Of a stretch of DNA of 64,000 nt, positions 56,748-64,000 are shown in pieces (the first letter of the stretch is position 1; each line of letters starts with the position of its first letter). The translations under genes were made by a program, and so were the position numbers. The notes beneath the pieces were generated by a model. That model was not told where the DNA came from, did no database searches, and saw only the letters and a list, made by a program, of their open reading frames with translations. Source of the DNA: an uncultured Gammaproteobacteria bacterium (GTDB taxonomy: Bacteria; Patescibacteriota; Microgenomatia; Levybacterales; GWA1-39-11); the NCBI GenBank assembly GCA_964651815.1, contig CAZYWG010000010.1, positions 1,377-65,376 of the forward strand, read 5' to 3'.

Positions 56748-58207
56748 TTAGAGAGATGAAAAAGTTATTAAAAGATTATAGAAAGGCAATTAATCCTCCG
56801 TACTTAAAAACGGATGTTCCGATTATAAGTGCTACCCTGCTCATTCTCCTGCTCGCAGTCATCCTGATCCTAAATTTACCGGATGTATTCAATTCAAAAA
56901 AAATTACTGAATCTCATGCGGCAGTTGATTGCGGAACATCACTTCAGACAAAAATTGATGGGGCTCTATCGGGTTCCACAGTGGACCTGACCGGTTGCAC
57001 ATATAGCGGGACTAATATTCAGATTTCAAAACCCTTAACAATAATCGGGGGAAGTTTTAACTCAACTTCAACTGATCGCTGGAGCAATGCTTTTGTAATT
57101 AATTCAGATAACGTAACTGTTCAGAAATGGACATTTGCTGGAGGTGGTCAAATTATTGCGGATCTTGGACACTCAAATGTAAATATTCTCAACAACAGTT
57201 TTTCCAATCAATTAGGCTCCTCTGTAGCGCTCTGGGGAGCATCAAACAACGTAATAATTGACGGAAATAAAATTGTTCAATCTGTAACAAATCAAGTTTC
57301 ACCTATAATAGCAAGAGCATCGGAAGATTGCTCTGTCTATCTTAAAAACTTAATAATAAGAAACAACTATATGGATCAGGGACCGGCCGGGGTAGGTTGG
57401 TTTGGTATAGAACTAAAATGTAATGATGGTGTCCTAATTGAAAATAATACGCTCCATGGTGGAGAAACCTTAGTCTCTCTCCCGGATACTAATAATGTTC
57501 AGGTTAAAAATAATACATTTGACATGACCGGAGATGCTTATTGGGGGGTGGAAATAGCCCATGCAAACAACGTGACAGTCGCTGGAAATACATTTTTCGG
57601 AGATGGGCCTTCTGGCACAGATCATGCGGTATCAGAAAACAGCGGCAGTCAAAACTCCTATATATCCGGTAATAATGTGCATGATATTAGAACTCTTGTT
57701 GATGTAGGTGGGGATTATATCTCAATAACTGATAATTGCCTGGTAAATGTGTTGAGGGTAACGGAATATGATAGTTCGGGAACTCATGTAATATTGTCAA
57801 ACAACGGTCCGTGTCCTTCTCCTTCTGTTACACCAACGGGTGTAATTACTACTCCATCAACGACTCCGACACCCGCACCAACTGTGACTGCATTCCCAAC
57901 TCCCGCACCAACCGTGACCTCAAACGACACAACATCCCCTAGCGTTAGGATAGATTCCCCGCTTAACGGATCAATAATAAAAGCAAAATCTACAACGTCA
58001 ATTACCGCGTCGGCTTCAGATAATTTGGGAGTGACAAGAGTTGAATTTCTAGTCAACGGTACGCTCATCTGTTCGGATACCACTTCGCCTTACACGTGCT
58101 CATGGAGAGTACCAGGTTCAAGAAATAGAACATATACTATTTCTGCCAAAGCATATGACGCCGCCGGAAATAATTCAACTAGTTCTATTAGTGTCACGGC
58201 AAAGTGA
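56744..58207 (+). CDS. Right-handed parallel beta-helix (pectate-lyase-like) protein with a C-terminal Ig-like domain. N-terminal YRKAINPPY motif. ATGA overlap with the S8 gene.
   Basis: Repeated NN(x)F/I...G..N beta-helix rungs (NVNILNNSF, NNVIIDGNKIV, IIRNNYM, IENNTLHGG, VKNNTFDMTGD, VAGNTFFGDG). Confidence 0.5.
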   Translation: MIREMKKLLKDYRKAINPPYLKTDVPIISATLLILLLAVILILNLPDVFNSKKITESHAAVDCGTSLQTKIDGALSGSTVDLTGCTYSGTNIQISKPLTIIGGSFNSTSTDRWSNAFVINSDNVTVQKWTFAGGGQIIADLGHSNVNILNNSFSNQLGSSVALWGASNNVIIDGNKIVQSVTNQVSPIIARASEDCSVYLKNLIIRNNYMDQGPAGVGWFGIELKCNDGVLIENNTLHGGETLVSLPDTNNVQVKNNTFDMTGDAYWGVEIAHANNVTVAGNTFFGDGPSGTDHAVSENSGSQNSYISGNNVHDIRTLVDVGGDYISITDNCLVNVLRVTEYDSSGTHVILSNNGPCPSPSVTPTGVITTPSTTPTPAPTVTAFPTPAPTVTSNDTTSPSVRIDSPLNGSIIKAKSTTSITASASDNLGVTRVEFLVNGTLICSDTTSPYTCSWRVPGSRNRTYTISAKAYDAAGNNSTSSISVTAK

Positions 58208-58300
58208 GGTTAACTCTTGACAAAATTACAGTATTAATACAACAATTAACTTGTTAAGCATTTGAGAAAAACTTATTTTCGACTAATTAAATAAAAAACC

Positions 58301-59620
58301 GTGGAAGAACAAAAACTTAAATTACCAAAAAAAGATTCCTCAGTTCAATTTCACGCTTTTGCTTATGTTATAGTTGGAGTTTTTATTGGTCTCATAGTAG
58401 GTTTCTTTAGTGCGTTTTTGTATCTTAAAAACATCGCGATCTCTCCAAACGTTGCAATAACTAAGACTGAAGAAAGTGCTCCTGCAGAACTTCCACCACA
58501 AGCTGCACTTCACGTACCGGTGTGCATTCCAAGAGGACCACAAGCTGTGAAATGTCATGCCCAAGTGGTAATCAATAAAAGTGGACAACCTGATTTGACA
58601 AGCGTACCTCAAGGATATGGCCCCGTACAATTCCAGACAGCATATAGCCTTTTGGGGAAAAGTTCTTCCGGAAGAATTGTTGCAATAATTGATGCATATG
58701 ATAACCCAAATATTAAGCCTGATCTAGACACATATAGCGGTGCGTTTGGGCTTCCTGTTCTCCCAACATGCCAAACAACAATTAAAGATTCCGCAACTCC
58801 TTGTTTTCAAAAAATTGATCAAAGAGGGGGAACATCCTACCCAGCTGCCGATTCTTCATGGGCTCTTGAAATTGCACTGGATACTGAAGTAGTACACGCT
58901 GCCTGCCCCGACTGTAAAATTCTTCTTGTGGAGGCAGACAGTAATACTTATGACAGTTTGTTGGCGGCAGAGGATAAGGCTGTTGCTCTTGGAGCTTCTG
59001 TTGTCTCAAACTCCTACGGTTCAGGCGAATTCAGCTCAGAAACATCATTTGACAGCCATTTCAACGTTGCGGGGGTAGCTTTCACCTTCTCCTCAGGAGA
59101 CGCGGGTTACGGGAGTACATATCCCGCAGCCTCACGTTATGTCACAGCGGTTGGCGGGACTACCCTTCTTTTAAACTCTAATAATACGTATAAAAATGAA
59201 ACTGCCTGGAGCGGCGCAGGAAGCGGTTGTTCAAATTTTGAAATTAAGCCAACATGGCAAAGTGATAAAGGATGCCCTATGAGGACAATTGTTGATGTCT
59301 CAGCTGATGCTGACCCTTCAAGTGCTGCTGCAGTTTATGATACGGTTCCTTACGGCGGGACGGGTCAAACAGGTTGGTTCCAGGTTGGCGGGACAAGCCT
59401 TGCTTCACCGCTCGTCGCTGCTGTATTCGCACTCAAAGGAGTGCCACCAGGCACACAAGCAAACTCTCTCCCATATCTTTCCGCTACCACCGGATTAAAT
59501 GACGTGACTAGAGGTTCAAACGGTGGGTGTCCTCAAAAAAACAAATATTTATGTAGTGCAGTCGTGGGCTATGATGGACCAACGGGTCTCGGGACTCCAA
59601 AGGGAATAGGTGCATTTTAA
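58301..59620 (+). CDS. Peptidase S8/S53 (sedolisin-like) family serine peptidase, membrane-anchored
   Basis: SGDAGYGSTYPAASRYVTAVGGTTL and GGTSLASPLVAAVFALKG (Ser nucleophile), typical of S53/S8. Confidence 0.55.
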   Translation: MEEQKLKLPKKDSSVQFHAFAYVIVGVFIGLIVGFFSAFLYLKNIAISPNVAITKTEESAPAELPPQAALHVPVCIPRGPQAVKCHAQVVINKSGQPDLTSVPQGYGPVQFQTAYSLLGKSSSGRIVAIIDAYDNPNIKPDLDTYSGAFGLPVLPTCQTTIKDSATPCFQKIDQRGGTSYPAADSSWALEIALDTEVVHAACPDCKILLVEADSNTYDSLLAAEDKAVALGASVVSNSYGSGEFSSETSFDSHFNVAGVAFTFSSGDAGYGSTYPAASRYVTAVGGTTLLLNSNNTYKNETAWSGAGSGCSNFEIKPTWQSDKGCPMRTIVDVSADADPSSAAAVYDTVPYGGTGQTGWFQVGGTSLASPLVAAVFALKGVPPGTQANSLPYLSATTGLNDVTRGSNGGCPQKNKYLCSAVVGYDGPTGLGTPKGIGAF

Positions 59621-59643
59621 TCTCTTCTCATAGAAGAAAATAT

Positions 59644-60012
59644 TTAGATAAGTTCTTCTAGCTCCTCAGGTGCATCATGGTCTTCAAAAACTCCTTGCTC
59701 ATCCCAAATAAGCGCTTGAAGTAGATATTCTTTCAGAAGACGAAGACGTTTTATTTCTTTTAGCAATTTTGTTGCTTTTTGAGGGTGGTTGCGGACTAAT
59801 TGATAGAAAAGCGATTCGAGTTGCTGTAATCTATTTGAAATTGCCTGATGAGTTGCAATAATTTTTCCCTGGCGGCTCCTCTTTCTGTATGTTTTAAATT
59901 CACGTAACCGCTGCCACTCGCCGGCCTGAATTTCGCGATTCAAATCTGAATCTACAACATCATCGCGCTTTTCTTGAGTACTGGACTTTTCTTCTTTATT
60001 TTTTTTCTCCAT
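59644..60012 (-). CDS. Hypothetical charged protein (122 aa)
   Basis: ORF only. Confidence 0.3.
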   Translation of the reverse strand: MEKKNKEEKSSTQEKRDDVVDSDLNREIQAGEWQRLREFKTYRKRSRQGKIIATHQAISNRLQQLESLFYQLVRNHPQKATKLLKEIKRLRLLKEYLLQALIWDEQGVFEDHDAPEELEELI

Positions 60013-60015
60013 GAA

Positions 60016-60222
60016 TTATCTTACTACTTCTGCAAGTTTTTCCGGAAGGTCTATTCCTGTACGCACAAGCCCAGAACCCACAGCGCCCCCCATTTTACGT
60101 GCGATGTTGTAATAAATCCACTTATCTTTCCTGCGAATTGCCGCAAGATAATCAAAAATATCCCAGTTTTGTGTATTGTATTCTCTTTCCATATTATTGT
60201 TTAATTTTTTGGCTCCCGCCAT
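60016..60222 (-). CDS. Hypothetical small protein. Start is ambiguous (Met at 60222 or 60192), and it overlaps a second small minus-strand ORF at 60201..60356 encoding a 51-aa membrane peptide.
   Basis: Two overlapping small frames; neither verified. Confidence 0.25.
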   Translation of the reverse strand: MAGAKKLNNNMEREYNTQNWDIFDYLAAIRRKDKWIYYNIARKMGGAVGSGLVRTGIDLPEKLAEVVR

Positions 60223-60427
60223 CGTCCAATAAAAAATATCGCAAGCCCAACTGCTACCATCGGATAGTCAACGCTTATAACACCCAAAAGCGTGAGTGCG
60301 CCTCCTAGTCCTTTTTCAAAAATTGATTCAGCTTTTCTGTAGGTTTCTTTTGCCATTTGATGTAATTATATAACTTGAACAAAAATAATCTTCACGAATA
60401 AATAACAATATTGTGATAAAGTAGATT

Positions 60428-60682
60428 TTAGGCGTGCGCTGGCATTACTTGGGCTCGTGTATTTCTTCCACCAGCTTCCTCTGGATTAAGCTTGCGATGT
60501 AAAAGGTACCTCATAACTCCAAGCCCTGCGCCAACAATTGGCAAAAACTGGGCTGCCAACCATCCATACAACACAAAACCAATAGCAATCGATACATCGA
60601 GAGGACCCTTTCCCTCAATTTCGCGAACCGTGTTTTTTACTCGACCCCAAAAGCTATCAGTATGCGAACCTCTCTCTTGCAT
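60428..60682 (-). CDS. Small membrane protein (84 aa)
   Basis: One or two hydrophobic helices; ORF only. Confidence 0.3.
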   Translation of the reverse strand: MQERGSHTDSFWGRVKNTVREIEGKGPLDVSIAIGFVLYGWLAAQFLPIVGAGLGVMRYLLHRKLNPEEAGGRNTRAQVMPAHA

Positions 60683-60779
60683 TAAAGAATATTATACTAC
60701 CTATAGGATACTTTTAGCAAATCGCGGGCATCCTAAATGTATTGCTTGTTAATATTTCTTTGACTATACTATATACATT

Positions 60780-62753
60780 ATGGATTATAGAATTCCTCCG
60801 CCTGGACAAAGCTATAATTCATTCCACGAAAAAGAAACTAAAAAAATAGACCGCGAAATTAATAAAAGCTTTATTTTCCTGACTATCTTCTCTATTTCCA
60901 TCTTTGTGATATCCACAATCTTAATCAAACAGAGCCAGGATTTAAGACAAAGAGCTGAAACCCCTTCTATTAACCAAGACGCGGCCCCTGACGAGATTCT
61001 TCTTAAATTTAAGCCGGGGGCAAAACAAAATATTAAGAATAAAATACTCTCGCTACATGCGCTCTCTGTCAAAGAAGAAATTAAACAAATTGATGTAAAA
61101 GTAGTAAAAGTTGCGCCGACTTCAAGAGATTACGTTGTTGAAGCGCTGTCTCATAACCCGGCAATAGACTTTGCAGAAACAAACAAAATTCTTAAAACTC
61201 AACTTGTTCCAAATGACCCTTATTTCAGCCAGGAATGGCACCTTGCTGATATACAAACACCCGCTGCATGGGATAGCACAAAAGCCACGGGTGTTCTAAT
61301 TGCGATGTGTGATACTGGAGTTAATCAAGTTGCTGACCTGACGCCGGCTTTACGGACAGATCTTGGCTGGAATGCAGTTGACGGAACGAGTGACTGGTCT
61401 GATCCAATTGGACATGGGACAAGCACGGCGGGAGTAATAGCTGCCGCAACAGATAATGGAATAGGTGTTGCAGGAGTCGCCTGGGGAGCACAAATTATTC
61501 CAGTTAGAGTAAGTAATTTATCCGGGGGAAATGCATACATAAGCGATATTATAAAATGCATAAATTATGGCGCAGATAATGGAGCACGCGTCATTAATGT
61601 GTCCTATGATGTTGCAGGAGATAGCGGCGTTGATGCGGCCGGACAATACGCCCAAAGCCGCGGCGGACTACTTTTTGCTGCCGCAGGCAATAGTGCATCA
61701 GACCCTGGTTATCAAAATTACCCTGGTATTATTGCCGTATCGGCAACTGCCGGAACAAATCTTACAGGGTTCTCTAGCTTTGGAAATTTTATTGATCTTT
61801 CAGCGCCTGGAACAAATATATATTCAACAAAATTTGACGGTACATTTTGGCCTGTCAGTGGAACTTCTGTTGCGTCGCCTGTTGCAGGTGGTGTTGCGGC
61901 ATTAGTATTTGGAATAAAACCGCAATTTACCGCTCTGCAAGTGCAAAATATTCTCTTCCAAAACTCTGACGACCTTGGAGCGCCGGGATACGATGTGCAA
62001 TTTGGCTGGGGAAAAATTAATGCGGCAAAAGCAGTTGCAGCGGCTTTAGGAACTACACCAACTGACACCACCGCACCTGCTACAAGTATAAGCTCACCTA
62101 CCAGCGGAAGTACAATAAGTGGACTAGTCCCTATCAACGCTGACGCAACAGATAATGTTGGGGTTGCAAGAGTTGAGCTCTATTTTGAAAACCCCGGCGG
62201 AACTCCATACGCAGTTGACACCACGTCCCCGTATTCATTTATTTGGGATACAACTCAGGTATCGAATGGCCAGCATCTCATATATACAAAGGCATATGAC
62301 ACTGCCGGTAACACTACTACGTCAAACGGCATTTCATTGACCGTAAATAACACTCTGCCCACACCAACGCCTACTATAACACCAACTTTTGCTCCAACCT
62401 CAACTTTAGCCCCAACTCAAACTCCATTTCCAACGGCAACAATTAAACCAACACCCACTACCACTTCACAAGATAAAACTGCGCCGGTTGTTACTATAAT
62501 TTTTCCACTGGCAGGTTCAACTGTTGGGGTTAGAACAAATATTAATATTACGGCAACAGCAATAGATAACGTGGGAGTAACAAAAGTAGAATTTTATGTA
62601 AACGGAACATTAAATTGTTCTGATTCCGCATCTCCTTACACATGTGGCTGGAAAGTACCCGCATCAAAGAATAAAACCTATACTCTTGCGGCAAAAGCAT
62701 ATGACGCAGCAGGAAATTTCTCAGGGGGAAGCATTAGCGTGACCGCAAAATAA
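60780..62753 (+). CDS. Subtilisin-like serine protease (peptidase S8), paralog of 54501..56747, with two C-terminal Ig-like domains
   Basis: AMCDTGVN / HGTSTAG / GTSVASPVAGG triad. Same I9 propeptide pattern (ILLKFKPGAKQNIKN). Confidence 0.8.
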   Translation: MDYRIPPPGQSYNSFHEKETKKIDREINKSFIFLTIFSISIFVISTILIKQSQDLRQRAETPSINQDAAPDEILLKFKPGAKQNIKNKILSLHALSVKEEIKQIDVKVVKVAPTSRDYVVEALSHNPAIDFAETNKILKTQLVPNDPYFSQEWHLADIQTPAAWDSTKATGVLIAMCDTGVNQVADLTPALRTDLGWNAVDGTSDWSDPIGHGTSTAGVIAAATDNGIGVAGVAWGAQIIPVRVSNLSGGNAYISDIIKCINYGADNGARVINVSYDVAGDSGVDAAGQYAQSRGGLLFAAAGNSASDPGYQNYPGIIAVSATAGTNLTGFSSFGNFIDLSAPGTNIYSTKFDGTFWPVSGTSVASPVAGGVAALVFGIKPQFTALQVQNILFQNSDDLGAPGYDVQFGWGKINAAKAVAAALGTTPTDTTAPATSISSPTSGSTISGLVPINADATDNVGVARVELYFENPGGTPYAVDTTSPYSFIWDTTQVSNGQHLIYTKAYDTAGNTTTSNGISLTVNNTLPTPTPTITPTFAPTSTLAPTQTPFPTATIKPTPTTTSQDKTAPVVTIIFPLAGSTVGVRTNINITATAIDNVGVTKVEFYVNGTLNCSDSASPYTCGWKVPASKNKTYTLAAKAYDAAGNFSGGSISVTAK

Positions 62754-62769
62754 ATTAAAATCCATCAAA

Positions 62770-63065
62770 TATTTGAGGCGCGGAAGGGAATCCCTTCACT
62801 TCGCTTCGCGCAGGGTAAACGAACCCTCGCATAAAAGTTTTGTCCTAGAAATTGCAGATGTTTTAATTGAGACACGGAAGGGAATCGGACCCTCGCATAG
62901 AGGTTTTGCAGACCCCCGCGTTACCACTTCGCCACCGTGTCAAAAACATCTTGCAATTTCAGGATCCCGTACATCTAAGTTAATTTTATCAAAATTAACA
63001 AGATGGTACTGGGACAGACTCCCGCGTTACCACACTTTCAGTGCCACCGCGCCATACAGGAATTC
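62770..63065 (-). repeat. Cluster of degenerate tRNA-derived fragments around the tRNA-Cys-like gene. A 5'-half-like copy (63020–63060) and a 3'-half-like copy (62776–62835) have complementary outer acceptor arms GGCGCGG/CCGCGCC.
   Basis: CCCGCGTTACCAC occurs twice on the plus strand; so does ACCCTCGCATA(R)AG(G)TTTTG; so does CGGAAGGGAATC. Confidence 0.45.
62869..62940 (-). tRNA. tRNA-Cys(GCA)-like gene (possibly pseudo). Cloverleaf has U73 discriminator, anticodon loop CUGCAAA, and GG in the D-loop, but C instead of U at position 55 of the T-loop.
   Basis: Hand-folded on the minus strand: GACACGG|TG|GCG-AAGTGGTAA-CGC|G|GGGGT-CTGCAAA-ACCTC|TATGC|GAGGG-TCCGATT-CCCTT|CCGTGTC|T. Confidence 0.45.
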
Positions 63066-63174
63066 AGAAATTGAAGATTCAGAATTACCACCGAACCCGC
63101 AATAGAACTCAGTTTAACACAAATCGAGCCTAAAAGCGATTGAAAATAGGAACATATTTTGAATGTGATGAGAC

Positions 63175-63693
63175 TTATTTACCTTGTGCAGTAAAGCTTA
63201 TCTCAGCAAGAGGATGAAATACTTGTGATGGAGTAAATTGCCAATAATAAAGGGTTGCTACGCAATTCGCTGCGCCATTGTGCCAAAGCCAAACAGATGT
63301 TGTGCCGCCAAGAAAGGTTTGATCTGCAGGGCCCGCCTCGCCGTATACTACAGGATCTGTTTGTGTTTGTGTCACTCCATTACCATCAACATAAGTAAAA
63401 GGTACGGGTTGAGTACAAATTACCTGTATTCTAGGAGCCTTCACTGTTTTTGGGTATGTAGTTGTGAATGTTAAATAATCTCCGAGTTTGGGGTTGGCGT
63501 TATTTAATACTATTGTGCCTGTTCCCATGGTATTTACGGTCTTATTTCCTGCAGCGTCACTTGGTGTTTGTTTTGATGTATCTTTAAGCTTATTTGGAAG
63601 AGAAACAATAGCATAAAATGCAATCAATAGAGCAATAAGGGTAATTCCTACCAAAACAAAGTCTTTCTGTGAGGATGCTGATTTTGAAGCCAT
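63175..63693 (-). CDS. Membrane-anchored secreted protein, unknown function
   Basis: N-terminal anchor VLVGITLIALLIAFYAIV, then a Thr/Gly-rich beta-type domain. Confidence 0.4.
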   Translation of the reverse strand: MASKSASSQKDFVLVGITLIALLIAFYAIVSLPNKLKDTSKQTPSDAAGNKTVNTMGTGTIVLNNANPKLGDYLTFTTTYPKTVKAPRIQVICTQPVPFTYVDGNGVTQTQTDPVVYGEAGPADQTFLGGTTSVWLWHNGAANCVATLYYWQFTPSQVFHPLAEISFTAQGK

Positions 63694-63765
63694 AATTTAT
63701 TCTTGCACAGCAATTCACTTCTTGTCAATAGTTATTAAAATACAAATATTGAGGTAAATTGCCAC

Positions 63766-63794
63766 AAAAAATCCCGCGCTCGGCGGGATTTTTC
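63766..63794 (-). terminator. Bidirectional intrinsic terminator AAAAATCCCGC-gctcg-GCGGGATTTTT, about 160 nt downstream of the 16S 3' end
   Basis: Perfect 7-bp GC-rich stem flanked by A5 and T5. Confidence 0.65.
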
Positions 63795-63950
63795 ATAAAG
63801 CTGTTAATTTTTTAGCAACTCTGATAGTGGTAGGAATGGTTTAGCCTCTCCTGCTCTTTCGAACAATCGAGAGGGCTCCATTCCTTTTGTACTAAAAGGT
63901 CCGAGAGCAACGGAAATTTACGCCTAAACTAATGTCTAGGTTTAAATTAG

Positions 63951-64000
63951 AAAGGAGGTGATCCATCCTCAGCTTCGGCTAAGGATACCTTGTTACGACT
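63951..64000 (-). rRNA. rrs: 16S rRNA, 3'-terminal part only (gene continues beyond window end)
   Basis: Reverse complement reads ...AGTCGTAACAAGGTATCC...GGATCACCTCCTTT, i.e. the 1492R/1541R region with the anti-SD CCUCC. No 23S follows. Confidence 0.85.

Noticed and set aside
62754-63174. Tested whether this GC-rich non-coding stretch is RNase P RNA, tmRNA, SRP RNA or 5S rRNA (GCGCGGTGG and CCGAAC...GAACTCAG resemble 5S motifs)
   Set aside because: RNase P P4 (AGUCCGGGC / ACAGAANCCGGCUUA), the tmRNA 5'/3' ends and the SRP GGAA helix-8 motifs are absent. The 5S-like words lie on opposite strands, so they cannot belong to one RNA. The tRNA-like interpretation fits better. The 110-aa ORF at 62773..63105 is a junk translation of this RNA-like region.
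1-64000. CRISPR arrays, transposases, integrases, toxin–antitoxin pairs
   Set aside because: No regularly spaced direct repeats and no recognisable transposase, integrase, recombinase or TA motifs were found by eye on either strand.

Overview
Low-GC, gene-dense bacterial window whose gene content looks like a reduced-genome Candidate Phyla Radiation / Patescibacteria-type organism. This is inferred from a short EF-Ts, a truncated rpsB–tsf–frr neighbourhood lacking pyrH/uppS/cdsA, many leaderless or near-leaderless starts, and an unlinked 16S rRNA 3' end at the window edge with a divergent helix-45. The housekeeping core is mostly on the minus strand: rpsB, tsf, rseP, frr, recR, glyA, folA, thyA, two dcd paralogs, tmk, transporters and oxidoreductases. 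Several accessory or unusual stretches stand out. (1) A three-gene module (6584–9329) of a polytopic membrane protein fused to an FNR-like FAD/NAD(P) domain, an ApbE flavin transferase, and an extracytoplasmic FMN-binding protein carrying the D-x-x-SGAT-x-TS flavinylation motif; this looks like a trans-membrane flavin electron-export chain. (2) A family of small secreted Gly/Cys-rich proteins plus a DUF642-like protein (12431–13975). They sit behind four copies of a conserved about 60–80 nt cis-element (a hairpin whose loop is CACGAAGTG-like, then TTAAGAAATTCTAATCCTC), next to an ArsR-family regulator. (3) Three tandem paralogs of a membrane-anchored secreted protein (33085–36576) with a conserved C-terminal domain and variable Cys-rich middles. 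(4) A cohesin–dockerin surface module (45558–50890). (5) An about 11.5 kb island of secreted hydrolases (51240–62753: GH5, two S8 subtilases, an S53-like peptidase, a pectate-lyase-like beta-helix protein). These share near-identical C-terminal Ig-like domains and a conserved N-terminal Y-R-K-x-I-N-P-P-Y motif before the membrane anchor. The island is flanked by tRNA-Ile(GAT) on the left and a tRNA-Cys(GCA)-like gene with degenerate tRNA-fragment repeats on the right. (6) A visibly GC-richer four-gene operon (22630–26664) preceded by a GC-rich structured 290-nt leader. No CRISPR array, transposase or integrase was seen.
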